From the NCBI GenBank assembly GCA_021735655.1, contig JAIPGM010000009.1:1-64000 (forward strand): DNA of 64,000 bases, read 5' to 3'. Below the pieces are notes generated by a model that had not been told where the DNA came from, made no database searches, and saw nothing but the letters and a program-made list of their open reading frames with translations. Positions within the stretch are counted from its first letter, which is position 1. Each line of letters starts with the position of its first letter. The position numbers and the translations under genes are program-made. Below, piece by piece: positions 35,313-46,847 of this stretch. This DNA comes from Candidatus Omnitrophota bacterium (lineage in GTDB: Bacteria; Omnitrophota; Gorgyraeia; Duberdicusellales; 4484-171).

Positions 35313-37604
35313 TCAATCCACATCTTTATCCATACCTTTATCAAGCAAAGAACTAAAATGCCGTCTTAATTTACCTAAGGCTCTCGGAATCACCGCAAGA
35401 TACGGCAAAACCCGCTTGAGCCCAGCTGATGTATTCTTTGAACTGACTCGCTTTAATACTGGGATCTCGGCTATAGCCGGTAAAACAAAAATTGCCGCCA
35501 AGGCCGCCACTATCGTTCCTAAAACTATTGAGAGGCCAAAACGCTGAGTAGGCGGAAATGATGATATACCAAATATGCCAAAACCAGCGGAAATTATAAA
35601 TACTGAACCGACTATCGGCTCCCAAAGCCTAACTTGAGCCTCCTTCCACGCTATCCGGCTCTTAACGCCTTTTCGCATCCGACGACGAACAAAAATTGCC
35701 ATGTGAATCATCGAATCAATACCCATAGCAATAGCTACATTAGCTGCCGGGGCTGATATTATGTCTAAAGGAACTTTCATTAGACCAACGACTCCAAGCA
35801 TGCAAACCGGAGGAATACATAAACTTAAAACCATCGCCAAAGATATTCCAAAACAACGCGAAACTATCCAGGCGATGATTATAAAAAATAATATTAATTT
35901 CACCAACCCATAGACAAGACTTGAAGCGACTAATTTTGAAAGCTCGCCCTGTAACACATATACCCCGCCCTGCATTTCAGGAATAAATCCGTGTTCGTGA
36001 ATTATTTTCTTAATTCTTTCAATAACCATGATTCTTGACGCTTTACGATCAGCCTCTTTCATCCTGATAAAAAAATAACCGGAAATCCGATCGTCAGTAA
36101 CAAAACTCCTGGCAATCCTATGGTATTTTTCCTGACCCATAGTTTTCAGTAAACTTTCCCAATTAAGCAAAAAAGCTAACGGCGCCCGGCTGCCTTCGGC
36201 CATAATTACCGGAAGTGAAACAATGCTACCAACCGAACGATCTTCCTCTAGCGCCTCCTGAAGTCTCCAAAGTCTCTTATAAACTATATTATCAGTAAGC
36301 TTGCCGCCACCAGCATCCCGTAGAACAAGCTTAAACGGACTACTGCCACCATTACGATCAATATACTCCAAACCTTGGCGTAGCTCGGTTTTACCCTTAA
36401 AATAAGACAACAAACTCGGATCGGTATTCAAACTGCTTAAGCCTAGCAATCCGACAATAAACAAAAAAAGTATTCCAATAATAACCCAGTTTGAATGTCC
36501 TAGCAAATAAGAACTAACTTTTCTATTATTAGTTTCTTCAGCCTTAATCTTCACCGGCCGCATTGATTTAAGAAATAAAGGATAAACCCCGTAGACAACG
36601 GCAATTGCGGCCAAGGTTCCGATTGATCCGGTAACCCCCAATTCACGCAACGGTTTTGCCTGGACAAACAAAAGACTTAAAAATCCCAAAAGGGTAGTTA
36701 CCATACACCAAAACGAAGCAGTAAAAGTACTTTTTACCGCTTTAGCAGTAAACTCTGGAGGACTAAGCTCTAAATTCTGGCCGGCATAACGCCAGCTATA
36801 GGTAAGAAACACAATATGTGAGAGGGCTAAAACAAAAATTATCGTTACTAAGTTAACCGTTAAAATTCCTATTCTTATTCCAAACAGATTAGAGATAATT
36901 AAAGTAAGCACACAGGCATTAATACAGGATAGTAAAGTTCCAAGAAGTATCTTCGGTGAACGGAATATCAACATAATCACTATCCCAAAAATCAAAAAGG
37001 CCATAGCGCTAAAAAACCTAAAATCTCTTAATAGGTTACGCCGGATATTTTCAACCACATAGGGAACTCCGGCAATCTTTAGCTGAAAATAATCAGTAGC
37101 GAATAGATCCATCGCCTCCTCAAATTTCGGTACAATCTCTTGCGGCGAGACATCTTCTAAAAGAACAATTAAATTTGAAGATTTACCATCTTCAGAAACT
37201 AAAAGACGCTTCCAAAGCGGGCTCACTAAGGCATCATCAAGGTTTTTTGGGCCGCGAGTTAAGCCCTTTACACTAGACACACCGCTAACCGCTGAAAGAA
37301 CCTCAGTAAATAAGTCCAGTCGCTCAATATACTCTGAAGAATAAACATCGCCAGTTACGCTAATAATAACCTGCTCCTGGTCGGGAAAAACTTTAGAAAT
37401 CATCTTGTCATACTGAAACTTTGGCTCATCGCTTGAAAAAAAGAAGTCACCATCTACATGAGGGGTAAGATCAACGGTAAGAAATAGAATAAGCAGGGCT
37501 ACTATAGTTAAACCGAAAAACAACAAAAGCTGCCAAGAATACTTGGCAATTAATCGATTTATTAACTTTGACTTTTTAATCTTAGAAAATAAAAACTTTA
37601 CCAT
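35313..37604 (-). CDS. MMPL/RND-superfamily exporter
   Basis: It has two bundles of about 6 TM helices separated by large periplasmic loops, an MMPL-like arrangement. Confidence 0.7.
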   Translation of the reverse strand: MVKFLFSKIKKSKLINRLIAKYSWQLLLFFGLTIVALLILFLTVDLTPHVDGDFFFSSDEPKFQYDKMISKVFPDQEQVIISVTGDVYSSEYIERLDLFTEVLSAVSGVSSVKGLTRGPKNLDDALVSPLWKRLLVSEDGKSSNLIVLLEDVSPQEIVPKFEEAMDLFATDYFQLKIAGVPYVVENIRRNLLRDFRFFSAMAFLIFGIVIMLIFRSPKILLGTLLSCINACVLTLIISNLFGIRIGILTVNLVTIIFVLALSHIVFLTYSWRYAGQNLELSPPEFTAKAVKSTFTASFWCMVTTLLGFLSLLFVQAKPLRELGVTGSIGTLAAIAVVYGVYPLFLKSMRPVKIKAEETNNRKVSSYLLGHSNWVIIGILFLFIVGLLGLSSLNTDPSLLSYFKGKTELRQGLEYIDRNGGSSPFKLVLRDAGGGKLTDNIVYKRLWRLQEALEEDRSVGSIVSLPVIMAEGSRAPLAFLLNWESLLKTMGQEKYHRIARSFVTDDRISGYFFIRMKEADRKASRIMVIERIKKIIHEHGFIPEMQGGVYVLQGELSKLVASSLVYGLVKLILFFIIIAWIVSRCFGISLAMVLSLCIPPVCMLGVVGLMKVPLDIISAPAANVAIAMGIDSMIHMAIFVRRRMRKGVKSRIAWKEAQVRLWEPIVGSVFIISAGFGIFGISSFPPTQRFGLSIVLGTIVAALAAIFVLPAIAEIPVLKRVSSKNTSAGLKRVLPYLAVIPRALGKLRRHFSSLLDKGMDKDVD

Positions 37605-37614
37605 GATTGCTGGT

Positions 37615-38289
37615 TCACTTCCAGATACTTTCTCCTTTTAATACTTCCGGTATAGCAAAAGTATCGATCCTTAGACCACCATCATGCTCAATCTTTATCG
37701 TATAGACTATGCCCGGAACAAACATCGTCCCAGGAGCTTCCACTTGAGCGTTCTTTATGCCCATGCTTTCACCCTTCTTAGGATTAAGCGCATATTCCCA
37801 AAACTTTTTCCACAATTTTCGCTCAAAAGCACTTCCGGTTTCATCTACCTTATAGCCTTGAGGCACCTTATCAATATGAGTTATTTCGTATTCTTGTGTA
37901 TTGCTACCGTCAAGCATAAATACCTTCCAAAATAAAAAGGCACTTTTACCCTTTAAGGCATCACCAGCTTTAACATGAATATCATCAAATCTTATAACTA
38001 AAGATTGGAACTGAATAATATTTCCCGAAAAGGTAAAATACTTAGGTTCAAGGGGATTTCCGTCAACATCGTATTCGAGAAATTTTATTGTAGTGTAAAG
38101 CTTATTTTCATTTTCGTTATAATTTACTCCGGTAACCAAAACCTCGGCTATCCTCGAATCAGCCTCAAGACGAGCAATAACTTTCCTCAAAACTTTATTC
38201 TGGTTAATATAGCGCTGGATATAATGGTATGAAATGAGGGTTACCGTGAGAATTAAAGCAACAACAAAAAAGGTCTTAATTTTATTCAT
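37615..38289 (-). CDS. Membrane-anchored periplasmic protein, hypothetical (possible accessory to the MMPL exporter)
   Basis: It has an N-terminal TM helix. There is a 10-nt gap to the MMPL gene. Confidence 0.5.
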   Translation of the reverse strand: MNKIKTFFVVALILTVTLISYHYIQRYINQNKVLRKVIARLEADSRIAEVLVTGVNYNENENKLYTTIKFLEYDVDGNPLEPKYFTFSGNIIQFQSLVIRFDDIHVKAGDALKGKSAFLFWKVFMLDGSNTQEYEITHIDKVPQGYKVDETGSAFERKLWKKFWEYALNPKKGESMGIKNAQVEAPGTMFVPGIVYTIKIEHDGGLRIDTFAIPEVLKGESIWK

Positions 38290-38388
38290 AAATAGCTATG
38301 TTTCATTGCTATATTACATCAAACCTCAAGATAAATCAAACCTAATTTTTTGATGACTAACCAGATTGACTTAAGGCTAAGCAATCTC

Positions 38389-39498
38389 TCAATTAATAGG
38401 GTTACTAGCAAACCAGCCTCTGGTTTTCAAGCATATCTTCACCAACATAAGCATTACCGGAACTTCAATCAAAACTCCGACAACTGTTGCCAATGAAGCT
38501 CCTGAAGATAGACCAAAAAGCATTGCTGAAGTCGCTATGGCTACTTCAAAATGGTTACTAGCTCCTATCAACGCCGAAGGAGCGGCATCTCGATAGGGTA
38601 ATTTAAGCCATTTAGCTCCCAAATAGGTCAAAGCAAAAATAAAGCAGGTCTGAATAAAAAGCGGTATCGCGATCAAAACTATTACTTGTGGCTGCTTAAC
38701 GATTAAGTTACCCTTAAATGAAAATAAAAGAATCAAGGTAATTAATAAGGCTCCAATTGATACCGGAGTTAAGAAATGCAAAAACTTCTCCTTAAACCAA
38801 ATAACCCCTTTTTTAGCTATGATTAATTTCCTTGAATAATACCCTAAAACTAACGGTAGGCCAACATAAACCACAACCGACAGAACAATAGTCTGCCAAG
38901 GAATCGGCATCTGGTTTACCCCAAGAAGCCAACTACCCAAAGGAGCATACAAAAATAACATTGTCAGCGAATTTATCGCAACCATAACCAAGGTGTGACC
39001 GTCATTGCCTTTAGCTAAATGGCCCCAAACCAAAACCATTGCCGTGCAAGGGGCAATGCCTAAAAGTATACAACCAGATATATAAGAACGATAGAGTTCA
39101 ACCTGAGCGCCACCCTTAATGAGTTCAAATCCGCCAAGCGAGCCTTTAAATATTACACCAAGGAATAAGGTTGCTATCGCCAACATCGTAAACGGCTTAA
39201 TACACCAATTAACAACCAAAGTAAGAATAACTGGCTTAGGAGTTTTACCAGCCTTAACTACTTCGGCAAAATCTATCTTGACCATAATCGGATAAATCAT
39301 AAAAAATAAACAGATCGCGATTGGAATTGAAACTTGATAAATAGAAAGGCTTTCTAGATTCACCGCTGCCTGAGGAAACAATTTTCCGAGCAAAATACCT
39401 AGACCGATACAGACAAAAACCCACAAAGTTAAATATCTTTCAAAAAAACCCAAATCTGGTTCGATTTGGTTTGATGATCTGATCTTACATTTATTCAT
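38389..39498 (-). CDS. arsB: Arsenite efflux transporter ACR3 family
   Basis: It has the [12 protein letters not shown]-terminal signature and about 10 TM helices. There is no SD before the ATG, so the mRNA is probably leaderless. Confidence 0.85.
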   Translation of the reverse strand: MNKCKIRSSNQIEPDLGFFERYLTLWVFVCIGLGILLGKLFPQAAVNLESLSIYQVSIPIAICLFFMIYPIMVKIDFAEVVKAGKTPKPVILTLVVNWCIKPFTMLAIATLFLGVIFKGSLGGFELIKGGAQVELYRSYISGCILLGIAPCTAMVLVWGHLAKGNDGHTLVMVAINSLTMLFLYAPLGSWLLGVNQMPIPWQTIVLSVVVYVGLPLVLGYYSRKLIIAKKGVIWFKEKFLHFLTPVSIGALLITLILLFSFKGNLIVKQPQVIVLIAIPLFIQTCFIFALTYLGAKWLKLPYRDAAPSALIGASNHFEVAIATSAMLFGLSSGASLATVVGVLIEVPVMLMLVKICLKTRGWFASNPIN

Positions 39499-39515
39499 AC
39501 GCTAATTTTTAGCTT

Positions 39516-39557
39516 TAAAAAGAAAAGGGCACAAGGAGTTATATTCCTTATGCCCTT
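39516..39557 (-). terminator. Rho-independent terminator after the RRM-protein gene
   Basis: The stem AAGGGCA/TGCCCTT (39525-39531 and 39551-39557) is followed on the minus strand by TTCTTTTT. Confidence 0.65.
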
Positions 39558-39579
39558 AAACTGTCATAAACGTTGTTTT

Positions 39580-39915
39580 TTAGTAGCGTCTATCTCTACC
39601 GCGTCCGCCGCCGGCTCCGCTTCCGCCTCCGCTTCCGCCTCCGAAATCACTGCGCGGCTTTCTTTTTTGTGCTCTGTTCACTTTTAGTGCTCTTCCATTT
39701 AAATCCTGACCGTTTAAAGCATCAATTGCTTTCTGTGCATCGTCAGCTGTTTCGAATTCGGCAAATCCAAAACCCTTTGAACGTCCGGTGTATTTGTCAA
39801 TTATCACCGTTACTTCTTTTGCAGCAATGCCTTTCTCGTCAAGAAGAGCTTTAAGCTCATTTTCACCTACGCCATACTCCAAGTTACCAATGTAAATCTT
39901 CTTTTCTTCTTCCAT
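39580..39915 (-). CDS. RNA-binding protein with an RRM domain and a Gly/Arg-rich tail
   Basis: It has RNP-2 (KIYIGNL) and RNP-1 (KGFGFAEF) motifs. Confidence 0.85.
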   Translation of the reverse strand: MEEEKKIYIGNLEYGVGENELKALLDEKGIAAKEVTVIIDKYTGRSKGFGFAEFETADDAQKAIDALNGQDLNGRALKVNRAQKRKPRSDFGGGSGGGSGAGGGRGRDRRY

Positions 39916-39966
39916 TCCAAATCTCCTTTTTCCTAAACCTTAGGTCGCATACTGCGAACCTAAATA

Positions 39967-40464
39967 CTATTCAACCGAAATAATCTTTACCTCAAAATTT
40001 AATTGTTTACCAGCAAGTGGGTGGTTTAGATCGAGCACTACCAGATCTTCCTTGACATCGGAAATCTTGACTGGCAGGGGTTTGCCGCTTGGCCCCTGCA
40101 TAGCAAGCACCATTCCAACTTGCGGTTCCAATTCAGGCGGTAAAGACGTTTTCGGAACCTCACTAAATTTACTTGAATCTATTTGTCCGTAGCCTTCCTC
40201 AGGAGGAACTGCTACAGTTTTCTCATCTCCAACGGTTAAGCCTGAAAGCTCTTTTTCGAGACCGGGAATAATTTGACCGGAACCTTGGGTATATTCCAAA
40301 GGCTGACGATCTTTAGAGCTGTCAACCACTTTTCCATCTATCATTAAAGTATAATCAAAAGATACTTTACTTCCTTCGGTAATTGCCACTTTCTTCTCCT
40401 TGGCACATGCTACACAAAGGGTCATCAACAACAACCCTAATAATAACAAACGATTTATCTTCAT
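39967..40464 (-). CDS. FKBP-type peptidyl-prolyl cis-trans isomerase (lipoprotein)
   Basis: It has the FKBP pattern VSFDYTLMIDGKVVDSS...PLEYTQGSGQIIPGLE and a lipobox CVAC. Confidence 0.8.
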   Translation of the reverse strand: MKINRLLLLGLLLMTLCVACAKEKKVAITEGSKVSFDYTLMIDGKVVDSSKDRQPLEYTQGSGQIIPGLEKELSGLTVGDEKTVAVPPEEGYGQIDSSKFSEVPKTSLPPELEPQVGMVLAMQGPSGKPLPVKISDVKEDLVVLDLNHPLAGKQLNFEVKIISVE

Positions 40465-40490
40465 TTATCCTTAAGTAACTCTTGCCCCTA

Positions 40491-40532
40491 TAAATAAAAA
40501 AACCACAAAGTTACCGATCTTGGAACTTTGCG
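40491..40532 (-). terminator. Terminator-like hairpin (CGCAAAGTT/AACTTTGTG) plus U7 in the leader between the predicted promoter and the FKBP start
   Basis: A 9-bp stem with one GU pair is followed by GGTTTTTTTATTT on the minus strand. Confidence 0.45.
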
Positions 40533-40577
40533 GCTTCAAGATACTTCAGAGCAAAAACCTACTTTTCAACCATGAGT

Positions 40578-40606
40578 ATACTACCTTTTTTATCAATATT
40601 TGTCAA
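40578..40606 (-). promoter_or_regulatory. Sigma-70 promoter TTGACA-17-TAGTAT
   Basis: The -35 is at 40601-40606 and the -10 at 40578-40583, with an exact 17-nt spacer. Confidence 0.45.
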
Positions 40607-40667
40607 TAAAAATTAAAAAGGACAAAATCGCCACTATCAGCTAACCTTAAAAAGCCTTAGTCAATGG

Positions 40668-41048
40668 TCACTTCTCGTTTATCGTCGCCTTTAGCTTAGA
40701 AAGATACTTTTTAATTATCTTTGACTCATCAGGTGAAAGAGCGCTAGGGCTTAACGGCACAAAGCTGTCAACCCCCTCTATCTGGGCTATACCCAAAGCT
40801 ATTTTCTGACTAAAAGTAGCATATTCAAGCATTGAAACATTATACTTATCACATACAGCCTTAATCTTAAAGGCTATCTCAGCACCTTTAGAAGGATCAA
40901 ACTTCCCTGGTGGTGCAAAACGGCTCACCTCTTTAGTTATCAGCAAATATTTCTCCATATTAGCATCATTTACCTGCTCAAAACCTTCGGCTAAAACTGT
41001 AAAAGAAAAAATACTAACTAAAAAAATAAAAAAAACTACCTTACCCAT
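40668..41048 (-). CDS. Secreted small protein, hypothetical
   Basis: It has a signal peptide. Confidence 0.5.
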   Translation of the reverse strand: MGKVVFFIFLVSIFSFTVLAEGFEQVNDANMEKYLLITKEVSRFAPPGKFDPSKGAEIAFKIKAVCDKYNVSMLEYATFSQKIALGIAQIEGVDSFVPLSPSALSPDESKIIKKYLSKLKATINEK

Positions 41049-41071
41049 ATAGATATCCTCCTTTAGTTAAT

Positions 41072-41839
41072 TTACAACAGATAAAGGCTAAAAGCCATTA
41101 TCAGCATCCCTAAAATTAATCCCAAAATTGAAATATGACTGCCATCGTGTTCATAAGCAAGCGGCAACAACTCATCAAAGCTAATAAATACCATAATCCC
41201 GGCAACAAAAGCTAAAGAAAAAGACAAAACCGCCGGATTTAAAAAAGGCATTAAAATTAAAATTCCAATTATCGCCCCTATTGGCTCAGCCACCCCTGAC
41301 AAAAACGAATACCAAAATGCCTTTTTGCGACTCTTGGTAGCATAAAAAATAGGCATCGCAACCGCAATACCTTCAGGAATATTATGAACCGCGATTGCGA
41401 AAGCCATTGCTACTCCCAATTTCAGACTCCCTAAGGAACTCATAAAAACAGCTAGCCCCTCGGGAAAATTATGAATTGCTAAGCCAAGAGCAGTAAATAC
41501 TCCGGCAGCCATAAGTTTCTTATTGTTTACCCCTTTAGTAACGTGCTCTTCGATATATTCATGAGGAATGATAAAATCTATAAGCATAATAAAAATAATT
41601 CCGGAAAAAAAGGCAATGTTTGCTTTTAAAAAACCTACATCTCTAATAGCCGAGACAAGCAATTCAGCAAATGAAACGTAGATCATCACCCCGGCTGAAA
41701 GCCCCAAGAAAAACTGTAGATAGCTTCGCTTAAAATTTTTTATAAATAGGGAAATAAGACTTCCTAAGCCAGTTGAAATACCAGCCAAAAAGGTAAGTAA
41801 AAGCGGTATCCAAATATTATTTAAACTGATAGTCTGCAC
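41072..41839 (-). CDS. zupT: ZIP-family metal (Zn/Fe) transporter ZupT-like
   Basis: It has HNFPEGLAV and HNIPEGIAV motifs. Confidence 0.85.
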   Translation of the reverse strand: MQTISLNNIWIPLLLTFLAGISTGLGSLISLFIKNFKRSYLQFFLGLSAGVMIYVSFAELLVSAIRDVGFLKANIAFFSGIIFIMLIDFIIPHEYIEEHVTKGVNNKKLMAAGVFTALGLAIHNFPEGLAVFMSSLGSLKLGVAMAFAIAVHNIPEGIAVAMPIFYATKSRKKAFWYSFLSGVAEPIGAIIGILILMPFLNPAVLSFSLAFVAGIMVFISFDELLPLAYEHDGSHISILGLILGMLIMAFSLYLL

Positions 41840-41841
41840 AG

Positions 41842-42132
41842 TTAAATTTTTCCCACCAGCATCAAAATACCAATTACGATAAAAAGTGCCCCTGATCCAT
41901 ATTTAATATGCTCAGGATGAATATATTTACATAGAATATTCCCTAAAGAAACAGTAATTAAAGTAACTACAGCAAAGGCAGCTACTGAAGCCACAAATAC
42001 CGTCAACCAAGATTTAGACTTTGCCGACAAACAAAGATTTGCCACTTGAGTTTTATCACCTAATTCAGCAAGAAATATCGCACCAAAAGTAGCTAAAAAT
42101 ACCTTCCAATCCATAGTTTCCTCCTCTGTCAA
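41842..42132 (-). CDS. UPF0016/GDT1-family single-repeat membrane protein (half-size)
   Basis: It has the ELGDKTQ motif. The true start is possibly the internal MDWKV. Confidence 0.7.
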   Translation of the reverse strand: MTEEETMDWKVFLATFGAIFLAELGDKTQVANLCLSAKSKSWLTVFVASVAAFAVVTLITVSLGNILCKYIHPEHIKYGSGALFIVIGILMLVGKI

Positions 42133-42137
42133 TAAAT

Positions 42138-42698
42138 TTAATTATGAATCATCAACCAGCGTATGCTATCACCCACCTTGATAAGATTACCGGTCGCCAA
42201 ATCACCATCATCTAAGGTGGAATCTACACGTTTATAAGCGTCATCAGGAATTGGACAAACGACTCCAGAATCCTGATAACAAAAATTCAAAACAATTAAC
42301 CGCATATCGGAATCTGCCCGACTCATAAAGTTCTGAACTAAATAAAGATTATTCCATGGGCTCGGTCCGACATTTTTCTCAAGATAAGGCCCATCCCAAC
42401 CTAACCAATTACTGAAATTAATCATAATATCTGAACGACAAAAAGCCGGATTAGCCCTGGGTTCATCTATGCTTATAAAACAAACCCCGCAAGCACAATA
42501 ATCATCTCCCAGCCAATGGCCAGTGTCAGCATAAAGAGCAAGAACTGCGTTCTTAACTGACTTCATATCAGCTATAGCCCTAGAAACCTTGGCCTTCTCA
42601 ATTGCCTTAAAAGCATTGGGAGCGATAATTGCAGCAAGAATAGCAATTATTGCAATAACCACAATCAACTCAATCAGGGTGAAGCTTTTTCTTGTCAT
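42138..42698 (-). CDS. Prepilin-type N-terminal cleavage/methylation-domain protein (GspG-like pseudopilin or type IV pilin)
   Basis: It has [25 protein letters not shown]. It overlaps the glnS 3' end by 29 nt. Confidence 0.7.
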   Translation of the reverse strand: MTRKSFTLIELIVVIAIIAILAAIIAPNAFKAIEKAKVSRAIADMKSVKNAVLALYADTGHWLGDDYCACGVCFISIDEPRANPAFCRSDIMINFSNWLGWDGPYLEKNVGPSPWNNLYLVQNFMSRADSDMRLIVLNFCYQDSGVVCPIPDDAYKRVDSTLDDGDLATGNLIKVGDSIRWLMIHN

Positions 42699-44394
42699 CT
42701 CTCTCCTTTTTTTTATCTTCGCTACTTTTTATTTTAGCCCAACTATCACGCAAACTAACTATTCGATTAAATACTAATTTATTTAAAGACAAATCAGCCG
42801 AATCAACACAAAAGTAACCCTTTCTTTCAAATTGATAGCGTTGGCCGGGTTGAGCATTCTTCAAACTTGGCTCAAGATAACACTCGTCAATGACCTCTAA
42901 AGATTTAGGATTTAAGCCGGTTTTCCAATCCTGGCCGGCCGAAGCCTTGTTGGGATCCCGTTCAGTAAAAAGATAGTCATAAAGCCTGATTTTGGCCTTT
43001 AAAGATTTTTCAGCCGCAACCCAGTGCAAAGTAGCTTTTACTTTACGGCCATCAGGCGAATCACCGCCACGGGTCGCCGGGTCATAACTACAGTGCAACT
43101 CGATTATCCTGCCAGCTTTATCCTTGATCACCTCCAAGCATTTAATAAAGTAGGCATAGCGCAGGCGCACTTCCTTACCCGGTGAAAGACGAAAAAACTT
43201 TTTTGGCGGATCTTCCTGGAAATCGCCTTGCTCGATATATAAAACTTTTGAAAAAGGAACCTTTCTTTTACCCATAGCAGGGTCCTCAGGATTGTTAATC
43301 GCTTCGAGTTGCTCGATCTTACCTTCAGGATAATTGGTAATGACCACCTTTAAGGGGCGCAACACTGCCATTACCCGAGGAGCAGTTTTATTTAGCTCTT
43401 GGCGAATAGTATTTTCAAGTACAACCATATCGATTATACTGTTAAATTTTGCTACTCCGATGGTTTGGCAAAAACTCCTAATTGAACTTGCAGTATAGCC
43501 ACGTCTACGTAGGCCACTCAAAGTCGGCATCCGCGGATCATCCCAGCCACTTACATATCTACCCTCAACTAATTCTAGAAGTTTTCTTTTACTTAAAACC
43601 GTATGGCTAAGGTTCAAGCGAGCAAATTCAATCTGACGTGGATGATGAACCTCCAACTGGTCAAGTATCCAATCGTATAAAGGACGATTGTTTTCAAACT
43701 CTAAAGTACAAATAGAATGAGTTATCCGCTCAATAGAGTCAGAAAGACAATGAGCAAAATCATACATCGGATAAATACACCATTTATCCCTTGTGCGATG
43801 ATGTCTCACTCGACGAATGCGATAAAGGGCTGGGTCGCGCATATTTAAATTAGGAGAACTCATGTCTATCTTTGCCCGTAAAACCCTTGCTCCATCTTCA
43901 AACTCACCCGCCTTCATTCTCTTGAACAAATTTAAATTCTCAGCAATTGAACGATCTCGATAAGGACTATCTTTACCGGGTTTAATTAAGGTTCCTCGAT
44001 ATTCTCTTATTTGATCAGAAGTTAAATCACAAACATAGGCCTTACCTTTTTTGATCAACTTTTCTGCATATTTATAAAGTTTAGTAAAGTAATCAGAAGC
44101 GTAAAATTTATGCCAACCCCAAGAAAAACCCAGCCAGCGAACATCCCTTTTTATTGATTCAACGTATTCAATATCCTCCTTAGCCGGATTAGTATCATCA
44201 AAGCGCAGATTACACTTTCCCCGATAATCCCGAGCAATACCAAAATTAAGACAAATTGATTTAGCGTGGCCAATATGCAAATACCCATTAGGTTCAGGCG
44301 GAAAGCGGGTATGGACCTTGGCTCGATTATTGTCCTTTAAATCTTGATCAATAATATCTCTGATAAAATTAGAAGTTATTTTTGATTCTTCCAT
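42670..44394 (-). CDS. glnS: Glutamine--tRNA ligase
   Basis: It has the HIGH motif (HIGHAKS) and a class I catalytic core. Confidence 0.9.
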   Translation of the reverse strand: MEESKITSNFIRDIIDQDLKDNNRAKVHTRFPPEPNGYLHIGHAKSICLNFGIARDYRGKCNLRFDDTNPAKEDIEYVESIKRDVRWLGFSWGWHKFYASDYFTKLYKYAEKLIKKGKAYVCDLTSDQIREYRGTLIKPGKDSPYRDRSIAENLNLFKRMKAGEFEDGARVLRAKIDMSSPNLNMRDPALYRIRRVRHHRTRDKWCIYPMYDFAHCLSDSIERITHSICTLEFENNRPLYDWILDQLEVHHPRQIEFARLNLSHTVLSKRKLLELVEGRYVSGWDDPRMPTLSGLRRRGYTASSIRSFCQTIGVAKFNSIIDMVVLENTIRQELNKTAPRVMAVLRPLKVVITNYPEGKIEQLEAINNPEDPAMGKRKVPFSKVLYIEQGDFQEDPPKKFFRLSPGKEVRLRYAYFIKCLEVIKDKAGRIIELHCSYDPATRGGDSPDGRKVKATLHWVAAEKSLKAKIRLYDYLFTERDPNKASAGQDWKTGLNPKSLEVIDECYLEPSLKNAQPGQRYQFERKGYFCVDSADLSLNKLVFNRIVSLRDSWAKIKSSEDKKKERDDKKKLHPD

Positions 44395-44405
44395 ATAACC
44401 TTCGG

Positions 44406-46847
44406 CTATCTCTTAGGTGCTGACTTATTGTCCAACTTCTCAGCGACTCTTACCGCTTCAACACCATCTTTTGCGTATTTAGCACCTATTGAATCAGCAT
44501 AAGCTTTATTGACTACCGCCCCGCCAATCATAAATTTACATTTTAAACCTTCCCTCTCGGCGGACTTAACCACCTCATCCATATTAATCATAGTTGTAGT
44601 CATAAGCGCTGAGAGCCCCACAATATCCGGAGAATATATCTTTATATTCTGAATGATCTTTTTAGTCGAAATATCCTTTCCTAAGTCGATAATCTTAAAC
44701 CCGTGATTCTTAAGCATCAAAGCTACTATATTCTTACCGATGTCATGGACATCCCCCTTAACCGTAGCTAGAATAATTACTCCCTTTTTAGCCCAAGCTA
44801 ACTTCTGGTTCTTTAAGTAAGGCTCTAAACGGGAGACTCCTTTTTTCATCGCCTCAGCGCTGGCAATTAGCTGCGGCAGAAAGTATTCTTTTCGATCAAA
44901 AAGGTTACCAACCTTTATTATTGCCGGGGTCATTACCTGCTCTATAAGTTTTGACGGTGTCTCCCCCGACTCTAGAGCCTTTTGAATAAACTCTTCAATT
45001 TGGCTTCTATCCCCTTCAATAATCGCAATCGATACATAATCACAAGGAGAAAGCTTCTTTTTGCTTATTCTTTTACTGAAGGTTGATTCTTTTTGCTTAG
45101 CATAAGCAGCGATAAATTTTTCGCTAGCCTTAGGTTTATTAAATAATAAGTCTTCGGCTAATTTATTCCGTAAACCTGGTGAATCCTCAGGATCGGCAAT
45201 TGCTAAAGTTAGCCCTTTGATTCCGGCCAATTTTAAAAAAACTTTATTAATTAAATGTCTCTGAGGAAGCCCAAATGAAATATTCGAAAGCCCAACTATT
45301 GTTTTAGCTTTAAAGCTCCTCGTGCACCAGCTGATAGTCTTGAAAACCTCTCCAGCAGCCTGAGCATTCCAAGAAAGCGGCATCACTAGCCCATCAATTA
45401 AAATATCCTCTTTAGAAAATCCTATTTTTTTTGCCGCCTTAAAAACGGCCTCGATTATCGGCTTACGTTCCTTAAAAGTTTTAGGGAGCTTTTTTCCGGC
45501 CAAAGGCAAGATTATAAACATTGCTCCGTATTTTTTAGCTATATTAAGTAGCTTTTTAAGCTTTCGACTTTCTCCGGAAATAGAATTAATCAAAGCTCGT
45601 CCAGGATAGAATCTTAAGGCTTGCTCGATAACTTCAGGATTTGCTGAGTCAATTACCAAAGGCAATGAAGTTGCAAGTGGCAATAACGATATAACTTCAA
45701 GCATCGCCTTTTTCTCATCAACTCTTGGAGCGCCCAAATTTACATCCAAAAGCTTTGCTCCCTGAGCCTCTTGAGCTTTAGCAAAAGTGCGGATTTGGGT
45801 ATATTTATTTTGAAGCAACTCGGCTTGCATAGTCTTTTTACCGGTTGGATTTATTTTTTCACCAACAACAATCGGAAATTTTTCTTTCTCGAAAATAAAA
45901 ACTCCCCGAGCAGAACTTAAGGCCGCTATCTTTTTTCGCTTAGGAAAAACTGGCTTACTCCTTAAGGCAACTTTTTTTAGCTTAAAGATATGTTCCGGCG
46001 TTGTTCCGCAACAACCGCCGATTATAGTTGCTCCGGCAGTAATTAACTTTTTAGCCGAATCAGCAAAATCTCCGGGCTTCATATTAAAAACAGCCTTGTT
46101 ATTAATAAGCTTCGGCATGCCGGCATTTGGTTTAGCTACCAAAGGCACAGTGCTATATGGCCTCATCTTTGAAATTATCTTAACCATAGCTTGAGGGCCA
46201 CTTGAACAATTGCAACCTATAGCATCAGCCCCTAAACTCTGTAAAGTAATTAAGGCACTAACCGGATCATTACCATTTAAAGTCCGCCCCCCTGACTCGT
46301 AGGTCATGGTTACTATAGTGAATTTATTAGTAAGCTCTTTTACTGCAATCAAGGCGGCTCGGGCCTCTTGAATATCAATCATCGTCTCAATAGCAAAAAG
46401 ATCAACCCCACCCAAAAGCAACCCCTTAACCTGCTCTTTATAAATATCTACGGCTTGATTAAAATCCAAAGAGCCAAAGGGCTTAATAAACTCACCGGTC
46501 GTAGCTATATCACCAGCAACTAAGGCTTTTTTGCCCACAGCCTGGCGGGCTAATAAGGCTAGACGTCGATTGACCGACACCACATCTTTAATCTTGAAAT
46601 GGGAAAGTTTCAGGCGATTGGCACCAAAAGTACAAGCATAAACTATATCCGAACCAGCCTTAAGATAGTCCGAATGGACACTTTTTGTAAGCTCAGGATT
46701 CTTAAGGCACCAACTTTCCGGACAAACTCCTTGAGGCATGCCGCGCTTATGCAACTCGGTTCCGGTTGCTCCATCAAGCAAAACAACACGCTTTTTTAGA
46801 AGTAGTTTGATTCTAGAATTACTCATAGCCTTTGGATGACTCCACAA
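44406..46847 (-). CDS. metH: Cobalamin-dependent methionine synthase lacking the activation domain (Hcy-binding, pterin-binding and B12-binding modules)
   Basis: It has a homocysteine S-methyltransferase N-terminus, a pterin-binding domain, and the B12 motif [11 protein letters not shown]. Confidence 0.9.
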   Translation of the reverse strand: MWSHPKAMSNSRIKLLLKKRVVLLDGATGTELHKRGMPQGVCPESWCLKNPELTKSVHSDYLKAGSDIVYACTFGANRLKLSHFKIKDVVSVNRRLALLARQAVGKKALVAGDIATTGEFIKPFGSLDFNQAVDIYKEQVKGLLLGGVDLFAIETMIDIQEARAALIAVKELTNKFTIVTMTYESGGRTLNGNDPVSALITLQSLGADAIGCNCSSGPQAMVKIISKMRPYSTVPLVAKPNAGMPKLINNKAVFNMKPGDFADSAKKLITAGATIIGGCCGTTPEHIFKLKKVALRSKPVFPKRKKIAALSSARGVFIFEKEKFPIVVGEKINPTGKKTMQAELLQNKYTQIRTFAKAQEAQGAKLLDVNLGAPRVDEKKAMLEVISLLPLATSLPLVIDSANPEVIEQALRFYPGRALINSISGESRKLKKLLNIAKKYGAMFIILPLAGKKLPKTFKERKPIIEAVFKAAKKIGFSKEDILIDGLVMPLSWNAQAAGEVFKTISWCTRSFKAKTIVGLSNISFGLPQRHLINKVFLKLAGIKGLTLAIADPEDSPGLRNKLAEDLLFNKPKASEKFIAAYAKQKESTFSKRISKKKLSPCDYVSIAIIEGDRSQIEEFIQKALESGETPSKLIEQVMTPAIIKVGNLFDRKEYFLPQLIASAEAMKKGVSRLEPYLKNQKLAWAKKGVIILATVKGDVHDIGKNIVALMLKNHGFKIIDLGKDISTKKIIQNIKIYSPDIVGLSALMTTTMINMDEVVKSAEREGLKCKFMIGGAVVNKAYADSIGAKYAKDGVEAVRVAEKLDNKSAPKR

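Noticed and set aside
12793-35625. Minus-strand alternative-frame ORFs 12793..12978, 22392..22604, 29806..29991, 31393..31620, 31897..32112 and 35371..35625
   Set aside because: Each overlaps a longer, domain-bearing ORF in another frame (DUF5320-like, DnaJ-like, ArsR, DEAD helicase, MMPL). They are spurious.
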